Positions 22,868-33,523 are shown, counted from the first letter of the stretch. The stretch: 64,000 nt of DNA from Candidatus Omnitrophota bacterium (GCA_023247725.1 JAHFFW010000011.1:5089-69088), one strand, 5' to 3'. The notes: generated by a model not told the origin, from the sequence alone. Numbers and translations: made by a program.

Positions 22868-22885
22868 AAAGCGAAAGCGTAGAAC

Positions 22886-23722
22886 ATGGGATTACGAAGT
22901 TTTAAACCAACGACACCCGGTTTGCGGCATTCGGTCATCTCGGATTTTAAGGAAATTACGAAATCCTATCCGGAAAAATCCTTATTGCGGCCTCTGAAGC
23001 AATCCGGGGGACGCAATAACCGGGGACGGATCACCTCGCGTCATCGGGGACGCGGACATAAACGGTTATACCGGCTCATTGATTTTAAACGTGACCGCAT
23101 TGATAGTCCGGCAAAGGTTTTGGCGATAGAGTATGATCCAAACCGGACCAGCCGCATCGCGCTCATTGAATACGTGGACAAAAAAAAATCCTACATCATT
23201 GCGCCTTTAGAATTGAGGGTCGGCGATGAGATCATGAGCACCAATGATAAAGAGGTCGAGATGCGGGCGGGCAATTGCCTGCCTCTGGCCCGGATCCCTT
23301 TGGGGACAGCGATTCATAATATCGAATTACAGCCCGGTAAGGGAGGACAGATTGTTCGGGCCGCGGGCTCATCGGCACAATTGATGGCGAAGGAAGGTGG
23401 ATTTGGCCAGGTCCGATTGCCTTCTAACGAAGTTCGAAAGATCAGATTGGAATGCCGGGCGACGATCGGCCAGATCGGCAATGTGGAAAATGAATCCTTG
23501 TCGATCGGTAAGGCTGGCCGATCGCGGTGGCTGGGCCGCAAGCCCCAATCCCGCGGCGTGGTCATGAATCCGCATGACCATCCGCACGGTGGGGGAGAAG
23601 GCAAGGCGCCGCAGGGCAATCCGCATCCCGTCACTCCCTGGGGCAAACCGACCAAGGGATTCCGCACCCGCCGTCGCCGGAAATATTCGGATCCATTCAT
23701 TGTGAAACGAAGGACAAAATAA
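22886..23722 (+). CDS. rplB: 50S ribosomal protein L2
   Basis: L2 family, 278 aa, with the ...GRNNRG..TSRHRGGGHK... motif. Confidence 0.95.
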   Translation: MGLRSFKPTTPGLRHSVISDFKEITKSYPEKSLLRPLKQSGGRNNRGRITSRHRGRGHKRLYRLIDFKRDRIDSPAKVLAIEYDPNRTSRIALIEYVDKKKSYIIAPLELRVGDEIMSTNDKEVEMRAGNCLPLARIPLGTAIHNIELQPGKGGQIVRAAGSSAQLMAKEGGFGQVRLPSNEVRKIRLECRATIGQIGNVENESLSIGKAGRSRWLGRKPQSRGVVMNPHDHPHGGGEGKAPQGNPHPVTPWGKPTKGFRTRRRRKYSDPFIVKRRTK

Positions 23723-23723
23723 G

Positions 23724-24011
23724 ATGAGCCGTTCCATTAAAAAAGGACCCTACGTCGCCGACGATTTGGTGAAAAAAATTGAAAGGATAAACCGTCTGGG
23801 CCAGAAACAGCCGATCCGAACCTGGTCACGGCGGTCCACCATTACCCCGGATTTCGTCGGGATGACGATTGCCATTCATGATGGCCGCAAGCATGTCCCG
23901 GTTTTTATTACGGAAAATATGGTTGGATACAAATTAGGAGAATTTGCCCCGACGCGGATTTTCCGCAAGCACGGCGGTGTCAAGGCTAAGAAGTCGCCGG
24001 ATAAAACGTAA
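23724..24011 (+). CDS. rpsS: 30S ribosomal protein S19
   Basis: [11 protein letters not shown]..., the S19 signature. Confidence 0.95.
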   Translation: MSRSIKKGPYVADDLVKKIERINRLGQKQPIRTWSRRSTITPDFVGMTIAIHDGRKHVPVFITENMVGYKLGEFAPTRIFRKHGGVKAKKSPDKT

Positions 24012-24048
24012 TGTGTTATAAAACATACAGTTTTTATTTCTCAATAAG

Positions 24049-24384
24049 ATGATCGCGAAAGCCAAAGGACAATTTATTCGAATCTCGCCGATGAAAATTC
24101 GCCAGGTCATTGATCTTATCCGCGGCAAGGATGTCATGACCTCGTTAGCCGTTTTGCTTCATACCCACAAGGGTGCCTGCCGGCCATTGACGAAGATTTT
24201 GAACTCGGCCATCAGCTCTGCCAAGCAAAAGGGTTTGAGCGAGGAACAGCTTTATATTTCGCGCATCATCGCGGATCAAGGACCTTCATGGAAACGATAT
24301 CGAGCGGCGGCGTTCGGCCGGGCCACACCCATTTTGAAACGCACGTCGCATGTCACCATTGAATTGGACCTCATCACCAAATAG
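24049..24384 (+). CDS. rplV: 50S ribosomal protein L22
   Basis: L22 family, 111 aa. Confidence 0.92.
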   Translation: MIAKAKGQFIRISPMKIRQVIDLIRGKDVMTSLAVLLHTHKGACRPLTKILNSAISSAKQKGLSEEQLYISRIIADQGPSWKRYRAAAFGRATPILKRTSHVTIELDLITK

Positions 24385-24393
24385 GAGAAAACC

Positions 24394-25098
24394 GTGGGAC
24401 AAAAAGTCAGCCCGCTCATTATCCGCATCGGCTATATCAAGAACTGGCGAAGCCTTTGGTATGCCGACAAAAAAGAATTTTCTAAAAACATTGCCGAAGA
24501 TTTTAAAATTCGCCACTATATTAAAAAACGATTCATTCAGGCGGCGATTTCCCGGATTGAGATCGAACGGCTTTCCGAACAAGTCAAAGTGAAAATTTAT
24601 TCTGCCCGTCCGGGTGTGATCATCGGCCGTCGCGGCGCGGACATCGATAAATTGCGGACGGAGCTGGGAAAATTGAGCCCGAAACAAATTCAAGTCGAAA
24701 CCCACGAAATCAAAAATCCGGCGATCGACGCCCAATTGGTGGCGCAAAGCGTGGCCTTTCAGCTGGAGAAAAGGGTTGCATTCCGACGCGCCATGAAAAG
24801 AGCCATTGACCAGGCCATGACCTCCGGCGCCAAGGGGATTAAAATCAGCTGCGCCGGCCGGTTGGGCGGGGCAGAGATGTCCCGGCGGGAAACCTATAAA
24901 GAAGGGAAGCTCCCTTTGCAAACCTTTCGTGCGGATGTGGATTATGGTTTTGCCGAGGCCCTGACCACCTACGGAATTCTGGGAGTCAAATGCTGGGTGT
25001 ACAAAGGTGATATCATCCAGGATGGAATGCCTAAATCCGACGCACAACTGTTGGAAGATTTCAATAAGACCAAACCCGCCAGCGTTAAAGAGGAATAA
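24394..25098 (+). CDS. rpsC: 30S ribosomal protein S3
   Basis: MGQKVSPLIIRIGYIKNWRS..., KH domain. Confidence 0.95.
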   Translation: MGQKVSPLIIRIGYIKNWRSLWYADKKEFSKNIAEDFKIRHYIKKRFIQAAISRIEIERLSEQVKVKIYSARPGVIIGRRGADIDKLRTELGKLSPKQIQVETHEIKNPAIDAQLVAQSVAFQLEKRVAFRRAMKRAIDQAMTSGAKGIKISCAGRLGGAEMSRRETYKEGKLPLQTFRADVDYGFAEALTTYGILGVKCWVYKGDIIQDGMPKSDAQLLEDFNKTKPASVKEE

Positions 25099-25101
25099 AT
25101 C

Positions 25102-25521
25102 ATGGTGTTAATGCCCCGACGAGTCAAATACCGAAAATCCCAACGGGGAAAAACCCGTGGCATCGCCACCCGCGGCAACACACTCCTCTACGGAGAATTC
25201 GGATTAAAGGCGCTCGAAAATGGTTTTGTGAAAAGCAATCATATCGAGGCGGCGCGCGTCGTTGTCGCCCGGAAATCCCGAGGGGCCGGAAAGCTCTGGA
25301 TCAATATTTTTCCGAATAAACCCGTGACCAAGAAACCTCCGGAAACCCGCATGGGAAAAGGAAAAGGCGATTTGAACCATTGGGGCTGCGTGATCAAGCG
25401 CGGAAAGGTTTTGTTTGAATTATCCGGTGTCCCCGTGGCCTTCGCCAAAGAGCTCTTTCGTCTGGTTGCCTTTAAACTTCCGGTGAGGACCCGTTTTATC
25501 ACTCGGGATATCATGCATTAA
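25102..25521 (+). CDS. rplP: 50S ribosomal protein L16
   Basis: MLMPRRVKYRKSQRG..., the L16 signature. Confidence 0.95.
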   Translation: MVLMPRRVKYRKSQRGKTRGIATRGNTLLYGEFGLKALENGFVKSNHIEAARVVVARKSRGAGKLWINIFPNKPVTKKPPETRMGKGKGDLNHWGCVIKRGKVLFELSGVPVAFAKELFRLVAFKLPVRTRFITRDIMH

Positions 25522-25528
25522 GGAAGCC

Positions 25529-25738
25529 ATGAAATTGAAAGAACTCCAAAATCTGGGCGTGGAAGAATTGGTTCTTAAAGAGAAAGAATTAAAAAAAGAA
25601 TTATTCGATCTGCATTTCCAGAGAAAAATGGGCCGGGTGGAGAAACCCGGACGGTTCAAGGTTCTGCGTCGGGATATTGCGCGGATCTTGACGCTCATGA
25701 AGGAAAGAGAACGCGATGGAACAGCCAAGAAGCAATAA
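25529..25738 (+). CDS. rpmC: 50S ribosomal protein L29
   Basis: MKLKELQNLGVEELVLKEKELKKELFDLHFQ..., L29 family. Confidence 0.9.
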   Translation: MKLKELQNLGVEELVLKEKELKKELFDLHFQRKMGRVEKPGRFKVLRRDIARILTLMKERERDGTAKKQ

Positions 25739-25979
25739 GCGCAAGTTTTTGTCAGGGATTGTGGTCAGCGACAAGATGAATAAGACCCGCGTTGTGCAGG
25801 TCCGCTGGTCTTCCAAGCATCCTCATTATAATAAGACCACCCGCCGCGCCAATAAGTTCAAGGCGCACGATGAGAAAAACGCCTCGAAAAGCGGGGACTC
25901 GGTGCGGATCATGGAAACGCGGCCCTTGTCCAAGGATAAGCGTTGGATCATCAGCGAAGTGATCAAGACAAAAGGTTAG
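25716..25979 (+). CDS. rpsQ: 30S ribosomal protein S17
   Basis: ...GIVVSDKMNKTRVVQV..., S17 OB-fold. 23-nt overlap with rpmC. Confidence 0.92.
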   Translation: MEQPRSNKRKFLSGIVVSDKMNKTRVVQVRWSSKHPHYNKTTRRANKFKAHDEKNASKSGDSVRIMETRPLSKDKRWIISEVIKTKG

Positions 25980-25993
25980 GCCTTAAACGGCAT

Positions 25994-26362
25994 ATGATTT
26001 TTTTACGATCGATATTGGATGTTGCGGATAATACCGGTGCCCGTAAGGCCTCTTTTATCGGCGTTTTAAACAGCAAGGGCCGCTTGACCGCTCATGTGGG
26101 CGATATCGTCCGGGTCAATATCAAGGAGTCGGCCCCGGATGCGGCGGTTAAAAAAGGCGATATGGCCAAGGCCATCATCGTTCGCACCAAGTTCCCCATC
26201 CGCCGGTCAGACGGGACTTATGTTCGTTTTGATTCGAATGCGGTCGTCATCATTGACGATACCGGCAATCCCCGCGGCACCCGCGTCTTTGGACCGGTCG
26301 CGCGGGAATTGCGCAATCTTGAATATATGAAAATCGTTTCTTTGGCACCGGAGGTCATTTGA
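25994..26362 (+). CDS. rplN: 50S ribosomal protein L14
   Basis: MIFLRSILDVADNTGARK... (122 aa). The ORF-track start at 25943 is a spurious upstream extension. Confidence 0.93.
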   Translation: MIFLRSILDVADNTGARKASFIGVLNSKGRLTAHVGDIVRVNIKESAPDAAVKKGDMAKAIIVRTKFPIRRSDGTYVRFDSNAVVIIDDTGNPRGTRVFGPVARELRNLEYMKIVSLAPEVI

Positions 26363-26673
26363 TGTTGCGCATTAAGAAAAATGATATCGTGATGGTCATT
26401 GCGGGCAAGGATAAAGGGAAAACCGGCAAGGTGATGAGGGTTTTTCCGGCCCGGCAGCGAGCCCTGGTTGAGAATATCAACGTGGTTAAAAAGGCCAAAC
26501 GCAAAACTCAGCAGGATCCGCAGGGAGGAATCCGCACGATCGAATCGCCCATTCACCTGTCGAATTTGAGCCTGATCGATAAACAGGCCAACAAACCTTC
26601 CCGTTTTGGAACAGAGGTTTTGAAAAATAGCGAAAAGGTTCGGAAAACCAAAATGAGCGGAGTTCCCGCGTGA
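26359..26673 (+). CDS. rplX: 50S ribosomal protein L24
   Basis: KOW motif ...[20 protein letters not shown]... Confidence 0.92.
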   Translation: MMLRIKKNDIVMVIAGKDKGKTGKVMRVFPARQRALVENINVVKKAKRKTQQDPQGGIRTIESPIHLSNLSLIDKQANKPSRFGTEVLKNSEKVRKTKMSGVPA

Positions 26674-26674
26674 T

Positions 26675-27220
26675 ATGAAACCTCGGTTATTCGAAAAATA
26701 TCAAAAAGAAGTCGTGCCCCAAATGCAGCAAAAATTTGGAATCAAGAATATTTATGCTGTGCCACGCTTAGAGAAGATCGTCGTGAATATGGGGGTCGGC
26801 GAGGCCATCAATGACCACAAAATCATTGATAAGGCCGCCGAGGATTTGGCGACGATCACTGGGCAAAAGCCCATGATCCGCAAAGCGACCAAGGCAATTT
26901 CCAATTTCAAATTGAGGCTGGGTATCCCTATTGGCTGCAAGGTGACGCTGCGCCGCACCAAAATGTATGAATTTTTGGATAAACTTTTGAACGTGACCTT
27001 GCCGCGCATCCGGGATTTTAACGGGGTTTCGCGCCGCTCCTTTGACCGCGAGGGCAACTACACCCTAGGACTTAAGGAACAGGCCGTCTTTCCCGAAATT
27101 GAAGCCGGCCGCATTCAACATACCCAGGGGATGGATATCACCTTTGTTTTCAATAAAAGTTCTAAAGAGGAAACCTTTGAATTGCTGCGATTGTTGGGAA
27201 TGCCCTTTGCCCCGCATTGA
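26675..27220 (+). CDS. rplE: 50S ribosomal protein L5
   Basis: L5 family, 181 aa. Confidence 0.95.
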   Translation: MKPRLFEKYQKEVVPQMQQKFGIKNIYAVPRLEKIVVNMGVGEAINDHKIIDKAAEDLATITGQKPMIRKATKAISNFKLRLGIPIGCKVTLRRTKMYEFLDKLLNVTLPRIRDFNGVSRRSFDREGNYTLGLKEQAVFPEIEAGRIQHTQGMDITFVFNKSSKEETFELLRLLGMPFAPH

Positions 27221-27300
27221 TACAATTTGTTTTTTTCAAAGAATAGGTTCATGGGAAATTTCATTTAAAACAATTCCAGAGTCAAGAGAAAGAAAGTTCA

Positions 27301-27486
27301 ATGGCGAGAAAATGTTTACGCAATAAGGCAGCAGCAAAACCCAAGTTTTCCAGCCGCAAGTACAACCGTTGTCCTTTGTGCGGCCGGGCGCGGGGATTCT
27401 TGCGCCGCTTTGGCGCCTGCCGGATTTGTTTTCGGGAACTCGCCTGGAAGGGCGAAATCCCCGGCGTTCGAAAAGCCAGTTGGTAA
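27301..27486 (+). CDS. rpsZ: 30S ribosomal protein S14 type Z (zinc-binding, 61 aa)
   Basis: [10 protein letters not shown]...[23 protein letters not shown], with C4 zinc ribbon. Confidence 0.93.
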   Translation: MARKCLRNKAAAKPKFSSRKYNRCPLCGRARGFLRRFGACRICFRELAWKGEIPGVRKASW

Positions 27487-27509
27487 AATTATAGAAAGAG
27501 ATAAGCCTT

Positions 27510-27908
27510 ATGTCCGTGACGGATCCCATTAGCAATCTATTGACCAATATTCGCAATGCCATGCATGCGAAGAAAGAAACCGTTGATATCCCTGCCTCTC
27601 GCTTGGGAGGGAAGATTCTCGAGATTTTTAAGAATGACGGGTACATCGAGGATTTTCGTTTGTTGAAAGATGATAAGCAGGGGCTCTTCAAAATTTATTT
27701 GAAATACGGTCAGGATAAAGAACCGGCCATTATCGGGATCAAGCGTGTATCGAAACCGGGTTTGCGGGTTTATTGCCGTCGGGATCGCGTGCCCCGAGTC
27801 ATTAATGGATTAGGGACAGCGGTTCTGACCACCTCGCGAGGAATCATGACCGATCGGGAGGCCCGAAAGAATAAAGTCGGCGGCGAGGTCCTTTGTTATA
27901 TTTGGTAG
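27510..27908 (+). CDS. rpsH: 30S ribosomal protein S8
   Basis: MSVTDPISNLLTNIRNA..., the S8 signature. Confidence 0.95.
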   Translation: MSVTDPISNLLTNIRNAMHAKKETVDIPASRLGGKILEIFKNDGYIEDFRLLKDDKQGLFKIYLKYGQDKEPAIIGIKRVSKPGLRVYCRRDRVPRVINGLGTAVLTTSRGIMTDREARKNKVGGEVLCYIW

Positions 27909-27933
27909 ATTGCAAACACCAAAAGGTTAAAAG

Positions 27934-28473
27934 ATGTCCAGAATTGGAAAAATTCCAGTAACCGTGCCCAAGGACGTTAAAATTGCGATCAATAATGGAG
28001 CGGTCTTAGTGACTGGACCAAAAGGAAAGATTCATTTGAGTCTTGCCGCCGGCATCGTCCTGGAACAGAAAGAGGATAAACTTTTGGTCAACCGTCGCAG
28101 CGATCAAAAGCAGGATCGCGCCAATCATGGAACCGTGCGGGCGATTTTGGTCAACATGATGAAAGGGGTTACGCAAGGGCATCGCATTGATCTGGAGATT
28201 CAAGGCGTTGGTTTCCGCGCCCAGGTCCAGGGTCAAAAATTATCATTGAACTTAGGTTTTAGCCATCCGGTGGAATTTCCGGTTCCGGAAGGCGTCAAGG
28301 TCTTGACCCCCAAACCGACCGAGATTTCCATTGAAGGTGTGGACAACGCCCTCGTCGGAGAAGTAGCCGCCAATATCCGCGGGCTCAAACCGCCGGAGCC
28401 TTATAAAGGAAAAGGGATCCGTTACGCCGGCGAGTATGTTCGTCGCAAACAAGGCAAGTCGGTCACTAAATAA
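27934..28473 (+). CDS. rplF: 50S ribosomal protein L6
   Basis: MSRIGKIPVTVPKDVKI..., the L6 signature. Confidence 0.95.
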   Translation: MSRIGKIPVTVPKDVKIAINNGAVLVTGPKGKIHLSLAAGIVLEQKEDKLLVNRRSDQKQDRANHGTVRAILVNMMKGVTQGHRIDLEIQGVGFRAQVQGQKLSLNLGFSHPVEFPVPEGVKVLTPKPTEISIEGVDNALVGEVAANIRGLKPPEPYKGKGIRYAGEYVRRKQGKSVTK

Positions 28474-28479
28474 GATGTC

Positions 28480-28842
28480 ATGGCTAATCCCAAAGGATTG
28501 AGAAGATATCTGCGTCACCGTCGGATCCGTAAAAGCGTTCAGGGCACCAGCGACCGACCAAGAATTTGCATCCACCGCAGTCTTAATCATCTGCAAGCTC
28601 AAATGATTGATGACATAACCGGTAAAGTGCTTTTTGGGATTTCCACCCTGGATAAGAATTTGCGTTCGACGTTAAAAAGCGGAGGCAATATCCAGGCCGC
28701 CACGGCTCTGGGAGAAAGATTGGCGGAGGTGGCCAAAAAAAAGGGGATTACCAAGGTATGCTTTGACCGGGGAGGATATTTGTATCATGGTCGGGTAAAG
28801 GCCTTCGCGGAAGCGGCCCGTCAAGCCGGCTTGGAATTTTGA
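28480..28842 (+). CDS. rplR: 50S ribosomal protein L18
   Basis: L18 family, 120 aa. Confidence 0.92.
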   Translation: MANPKGLRRYLRHRRIRKSVQGTSDRPRICIHRSLNHLQAQMIDDITGKVLFGISTLDKNLRSTLKSGGNIQAATALGERLAEVAKKKGITKVCFDRGGYLYHGRVKAFAEAARQAGLEF

Positions 28843-28870
28843 ACCGAGCGATATATTCGAGAGAAGCCAG

Positions 28871-29551
28871 ATGAATAAAGAAAAGAAAAATAAAGAACCC
28901 AATAAGGAGAATTTGCCGGTCAACGCCGTTCCCGCAACCCAACCGGAGACGGAAACTTCCGCCCCCGGCCCAAAGCGGGAAAAGGGTCCTAAAAAGCCAT
29001 TCGCCAGGAAACGCGAAGGCGTGGCATCGGAATTTGTGGAAAAAGTCATTGCCATCAACCGTGTCACCAAGGTTACCAAAGGCGGCAAGCGCCTGGCTTT
29101 TAGCGCCCTTGTCGTCGTTGGAGATACCAAAGGCCGAGTGGGTTATGGTTTGCAGAAAGCGAGCGAGGTTGCTTACGCGATTAAGAAATCTTTATCCGTC
29201 GCTAAAAAAAGTATGATCCGCGTGCACTTGGCGGAGTCGACCATTCCTCATGAAGTGATCGGGGTTTGCGGCGCTTCCGCCGTCATGCTCAAACCCGCTT
29301 CCGAAGGAACCGGTGTCATTGCCGCGGGACCGGTGCGGGCGGTTTGTGACTCCGTCGGGATTCGTAATATTTTGACCAAATGCCATCGCTCGAATAATCC
29401 CATCAATGTGGTCAAGGCCACCTTCGATGGATTGACCAAGCTCAAGGCGAGAAAACAGGAATTCCTTGTGCCGGAGGCCAACGCTCCTCAAGAATCCGGA
29501 GAAATACAAAATGCAGCTGCACGAACTGAAATCCCCCCTCGGCTCACGTAA
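28871..29551 (+). CDS. rpsE: 30S ribosomal protein S5 with a ~45-aa basic low-complexity N-terminal extension and a C-terminal tail
   Basis: Core ...[32 protein letters not shown]... is the S5 dsRBD. The N-terminus [16 protein letters not shown]... has no internal Met. The 3' end overlaps rplO by 41 nt. Confidence 0.88.
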   Translation: MNKEKKNKEPNKENLPVNAVPATQPETETSAPGPKREKGPKKPFARKREGVASEFVEKVIAINRVTKVTKGGKRLAFSALVVVGDTKGRVGYGLQKASEVAYAIKKSLSVAKKSMIRVHLAESTIPHEVIGVCGASAVMLKPASEGTGVIAAGPVRAVCDSVGIRNILTKCHRSNNPINVVKATFDGLTKLKARKQEFLVPEANAPQESGEIQNAAARTEIPPRLT

Positions 29552-29981
29552 GCGCCGGAAGATTGTCGGACGAGGACAAGGCTCTGGCCATGGCAAAACG
29601 TCTTGTCGCGGTCACGATGGACAAGGTCAACGCCCGGGGCGCGGACCGCTATTGTCGTCGGAAGGCGGGCAAATGCCGCTCATCCGGCGTTTACCGAAAG
29701 TGGGTTTTCGCAGCAAGCGCCCGGTCATTTATCAAGTGGTTAATTTAGAAAGCTTACAGCGCATCAAAGAGGGGACGGTGGTGGATGCCGCTTATCTAAA
29801 AAGCCATGGTCTTATCAAAAGCCCGGCAAAGCCTTTTAAAATCCTGGGCAATGGGGAGATCACCAGGGCCCTCACCATCAAGGCCCACAGTTTTTCCAAA
29901 TCCGCTCAGGAAAAAATTTTGGCCGCCGGCGGAACAGCCGAAACCATGCAGTCCATTGTTCCCTTGGAACATCCGGCTTAA
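29511..29981 (+). CDS. rplO: 50S ribosomal protein L15
   Basis: [38 protein letters not shown]..., the L15 signature. Start chosen at the internal Met of ORF 29466. No L30 gene lies between S5 and L15. Confidence 0.9.
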   Translation: MQLHELKSPLGSRKRRKIVGRGQGSGHGKTSCRGHDGQGQRPGRGPLLSSEGGQMPLIRRLPKVGFRSKRPVIYQVVNLESLQRIKEGTVVDAAYLKSHGLIKSPAKPFKILGNGEITRALTIKAHSFSKSAQEKILAAGGTAETMQSIVPLEHPA

Positions 29982-30007
29982 TCAAGGTATCTTCAGGGAT
30001 CAAAATC

Positions 30008-31354
30008 ATGTTAGCCGCATTCGCCAATTGTTTCAAAATCCCCGAACTCAAAAAGAAGATCCTTTTCACTCTGGGGATCATCATTGTTTACCGGATTGGC
30101 TGCTTCTTGCCCACCCCCGGCGTTAATGGAGCGGTCCTGGCGGAATTTTTCCGGCGGATGCAGACCTCCGGGCAGGGAACGATCTTTGGCATTATGAATA
30201 TGTTTTCCGGCGGGGCTTTGCAAAAATTGACCATCTTCGCCTTAGGAATTATGCCGTACATCTCGAGTTCCATCATCATGCAGCTTTTGACGGCGGTCTT
30301 TCCGGCCTTGGAGAAATTGGCCAAGGAAGGTCACGCGGGATACATGAAGATCAATCAGTACACCCGTTATGGAACGCTCTTCTTGTCGGCAGTTCAATCT
30401 TTTTTTATTGCGCTTTGGTTAGAAAACCCACAGGCCTTTCACGGATTACAGATCGTGAGTAATCCCGGATGGGGTTTCCGGTTGATGACGGTTTTGACGT
30501 TAACGACGGGAACGATCTTTCTCATGTGGCTGGGTGAACAGATTCAAGAAAAAGGGATCGGTAACGGAATATCCCTCGTCATCGCCGCGGGAATCATTTC
30601 GGCAGCCCCTTCCGCAATCCATCAGTTGGTTTTGCTCTTATCACCCAAAACTGCGACCGTCCAGCAAATCCAGCCCTTGACGCTCGTTATCATGTGTGTG
30701 CTGCTGGTCGGCGTGATCCTTGCCATCACTCTCATCACGCAAGGGCAAAGGAAGATCCCTGTGCAGTATGCCCGGCGGATTGTGGGACGCAAGGTTTACG
30801 GCGGACAGAGCACCTATCTCCCTTTGAAGGTGGACACCTCCGGCGTCATTGCCATTATTTTTGCGCAGTCGATTATCCTTTTCCCGGCGACGGTGGCCAG
30901 TTTTATTCCCAATGCCGCCTTTCGGCATTTCTCGGAGGTGATCGTGCGCGGCCATCTGCCTTATTACATCACCTATGGGATTTTGATCATCTTCTTTTGT
31001 TATTTTTACACGGCGATTGTTTTTAATCCCGTCGATGTGGCCGAGAATATGAAGAAGCACGGAGGATTCATTCCCGGGGTTCGACCCGGATCACCCACAG
31101 CAGAGTATTTGGATTTTGTTTTAACCCGCATCACGTTGGCCGGCGCTGTTTTTGTTTGCGTCATCGCCATTATGCCGGATGCCATTATGGCAGCTTTTAA
31201 AGTTCCGTATTTGGTGGCCTCATTTTTTGGCGGCACCGGGGTTCTCATTGTCGTTGGGGTTATGCTCGACACCATGAAGCAAATTGAATCGCATCTTTTG
31301 ACGCGCCACTATGAAGGTTTTATGAAGTCCGGACAATTAAAGGCACGACGATGA
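30008..31354 (+). CDS. secY: Preprotein translocase subunit SecY
   Basis: 448 aa with 10 TM segments and SecY motifs (...GIMPYISSSIIMQLL...). Confidence 0.96.
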   Translation: MLAAFANCFKIPELKKKILFTLGIIIVYRIGCFLPTPGVNGAVLAEFFRRMQTSGQGTIFGIMNMFSGGALQKLTIFALGIMPYISSSIIMQLLTAVFPALEKLAKEGHAGYMKINQYTRYGTLFLSAVQSFFIALWLENPQAFHGLQIVSNPGWGFRLMTVLTLTTGTIFLMWLGEQIQEKGIGNGISLVIAAGIISAAPSAIHQLVLLLSPKTATVQQIQPLTLVIMCVLLVGVILAITLITQGQRKIPVQYARRIVGRKVYGGQSTYLPLKVDTSGVIAIIFAQSIILFPATVASFIPNAAFRHFSEVIVRGHLPYYITYGILIIFFCYFYTAIVFNPVDVAENMKKHGGFIPGVRPGSPTAEYLDFVLTRITLAGAVFVCVIAIMPDAIMAAFKVPYLVASFFGGTGVLIVVGVMLDTMKQIESHLLTRHYEGFMKSGQLKARR

Positions 31355-32034
31355 GAATTGTTCTCTTGGGTCCGCCGGGCGCCGGCAAAGGAACCCAGGC
31401 CCAACTTCTTAAAAAGGAATTTCAACTGGTGCATATTTCCACCGGTGATATTTTTAGGGAAGAGATGAAAAAAAATACCTCCTTGGGTCAAGATCTGAAG
31501 CAATATGTAGATCAGGGGAAACTCGTTCCCGACGAGGTAGTAACCCAGATCGTTGCCAATCGGCTTAAAGGGATGGATCCCAAAGAAGGTTACTTGCTGG
31601 ATGGTTTTCCCCGGACGGTTCATCAGGCTCAAGATTTGGACCAGATCCTTGCTCAAGTCCGCCAGCCCTTAGATTATTGCATCAATATGGAAGCGTCCTT
31701 GCCGGTTATTATTCAGCGCCTCACTGGGAGGAGGGTCTGCAAGCAATGCGGCGCCGTGTACCATGCCGTCAATCGGCCGCCCCAAAAAAAGGATATTTGC
31801 GATCAATGCGCAGGCCCTTTGATGACGCGGGCCGATGACGTGGAGTCGACCATCCGGACCCGCATGAAGGAATACATGGCGAATACGGCTCCTATTGCCC
31901 GCTACTATGAACAGCAGGGAAAATTGATCAAGATTGATGCGGACCAGGATTCAGAAGATGTGCAGCAGGTCCTCTTAAAGAAGTTCATCGAGGACGGAAA
32001 AGTTGATCACGATCAAAAGCCCTCAAGAAATTGA
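31351..32034 (+). CDS. adk: Adenylate kinase (Cys4 zinc lid)
   Basis: P-loop GPPGAGKGTQA and lid CKQCG...CDQC. Confidence 0.95.
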   Translation: MRIVLLGPPGAGKGTQAQLLKKEFQLVHISTGDIFREEMKKNTSLGQDLKQYVDQGKLVPDEVVTQIVANRLKGMDPKEGYLLDGFPRTVHQAQDLDQILAQVRQPLDYCINMEASLPVIIQRLTGRRVCKQCGAVYHAVNRPPQKKDICDQCAGPLMTRADDVESTIRTRMKEYMANTAPIARYYEQQGKLIKIDADQDSEDVQQVLLKKFIEDGKVDHDQKPSRN

Positions 32035-32746
32035 AAGTTTAAGGAAAGCCGGTAAGATTCTGACCGCCATTGTTCGGGAATTAAAACGTTCTTTAAAAGT
32101 GGGAATGACGACCGCCCAGATTGATGAGCGCGCCGGTGAGCTCATGGCAGCGCACAGGGTTGTGCCAGCCTTTAAGGGGTACCGGGGATTTCCCGGTGTG
32201 GCTTGCGTTTCTGTCAATCAAGAAGTCGTCCACGGCATCCCCGGCCAACGGGTGGTTCAAGAAGGGGATATCGTGAGCATTGACGTCGGCGTTATTCTCG
32301 ACGGGTTTTTTTCGGATACGGCCTTTAGCGTGGGCTTGGGGCGGCTTGCGCCCCGGCTCGCAAAATTGCTGGAGGTCACCGAGCAGGCTCTTTATAAAGG
32401 AATCGCCCAGGCAAGAGTCGAGCATCATCTCTCGGATATTTCCCACGCTGTCCAGGATTTTGTGGAATCTGAACATTTTTCGATCGTGCGGGATTTTGTC
32501 GGTCACGGGATCGGCCGATCGTTGCATGAGGACCCGGAGATTCCCAATTTTGGTCCGCCGCATCAAGGACCAATCCTTAAGGAAGGCATGGTGCTCGCCA
32601 TCGAACCGATGGTGAATCTGGGTTCATGGCAGACGCGGATTTTGGAAGATGGCTGGACGGTCGTAACCGCCGACGGAAAACCCTCGGCGCATTTTGAACA
32701 TACGGTGGCGATCACCGCCCAAGGCCCGGAGATTTTAACCGCATAA
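32003..32746 (+). CDS. map: Methionine aminopeptidase type I
   Basis: M24A fold with conserved metal ligands (D..D..H..E..E pattern), 247 aa. Confidence 0.93.
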   Translation: MITIKSPQEIESLRKAGKILTAIVRELKRSLKVGMTTAQIDERAGELMAAHRVVPAFKGYRGFPGVACVSVNQEVVHGIPGQRVVQEGDIVSIDVGVILDGFFSDTAFSVGLGRLAPRLAKLLEVTEQALYKGIAQARVEHHLSDISHAVQDFVESEHFSIVRDFVGHGIGRSLHEDPEIPNFGPPHQGPILKEGMVLAIEPMVNLGSWQTRILEDGWTVVTADGKPSAHFEHTVAITAQGPEILTA

Positions 32747-32750
32747 ACTC

Positions 32751-32969
32751 ATGGCGAAAGAAGACCTGATCGAAGTCGAAGGAACCGTCGCTGAGGCCCT
32801 GCCCAACGCCATGTTTCGGGTGGAATTGGACAATGGCCATAAGGTCTTAGCGCATATCTCCGGTAAGATCCGAATGCATTTTATCCGAATCCTGCCCGGG
32901 GACAAGGTGAAGGTCGAGCTTTCTCCTTACGATTTGACCCGGGGGCGGATCACCTATCGCAATAAATAA
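32751..32969 (+). CDS. infA: Translation initiation factor IF-1
   Basis: [41 protein letters not shown]..., S1-like OB fold. Confidence 0.95.
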   Translation: MAKEDLIEVEGTVAEALPNAMFRVELDNGHKVLAHISGKIRMHFIRILPGDKVKVELSPYDLTRGRITYRNK

Positions 32970-32992
32970 AAATCGTTTCGAATGAAAAAACT

Positions 32993-33106
32993 ATGAAAGT
33001 CAAATCATCGGTTAGAAGAATTTGCAACAAATGCAAGATTATCCGTCGGAAAAACGTCGTCCGGGTGATTTGTTCTAATCCAAAACATAAGCAAAGACAA
33101 GGATAA
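32993..33106 (+). CDS. rpmJ: 50S ribosomal protein L36 (zinc ribbon)
   Basis: A 37-aa ORF absent from the track because it is under 60 aa: [37 protein letters not shown]. Confidence 0.9.
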   Translation: MKVKSSVRRICNKCKIIRRKNVVRVICSNPKHKQRQG

Positions 33107-33111
33107 ACCCT

Positions 33112-33495
33112 ATGCCAAGGATTTTGGGTATTGATTTACCAAAAGAAAAACGGATCGAGGCCTCCTTGCCTTATATTTATGGCATTGGCCTTCCGAGTTC
33201 TCAACGGATTTTATCGGAAGCCCAGATTGATGGCAACCGCCGCGCCAAGGATCTTTCCGATGAGGAGGTGGCTCGCATTACCTCCATCATTCAAAAAAAA
33301 TATCGAACCGAAGGCGATTTGCGCCGAGAGGTGAACCAAAACATCAAACGTTTGATTGATATTGGGACTTACCGGGGACTTCGGCATAAAAAGGGTTTGC
33401 CCGCCCGGGGACAGCGAACCAGAACGAATGCGCGCACGCGCAAAGGCAAAAGGAAGAATCTGGCCGTCATGTTGAAACCTGCGGCCGAAAAATGA
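33112..33495 (+). CDS. rpsM: 30S ribosomal protein S13
   Basis: [19 protein letters not shown]..., the S13 signature. Confidence 0.95.
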   Translation: MPRILGIDLPKEKRIEASLPYIYGIGLPSSQRILSEAQIDGNRRAKDLSDEEVARITSIIQKKYRTEGDLRREVNQNIKRLIDIGTYRGLRHKKGLPARGQRTRTNARTRKGKRKNLAVMLKPAAEK

Positions 33496-33523
33496 ACCGG
33501 AGAATCATTGATAAGGGAAATCT

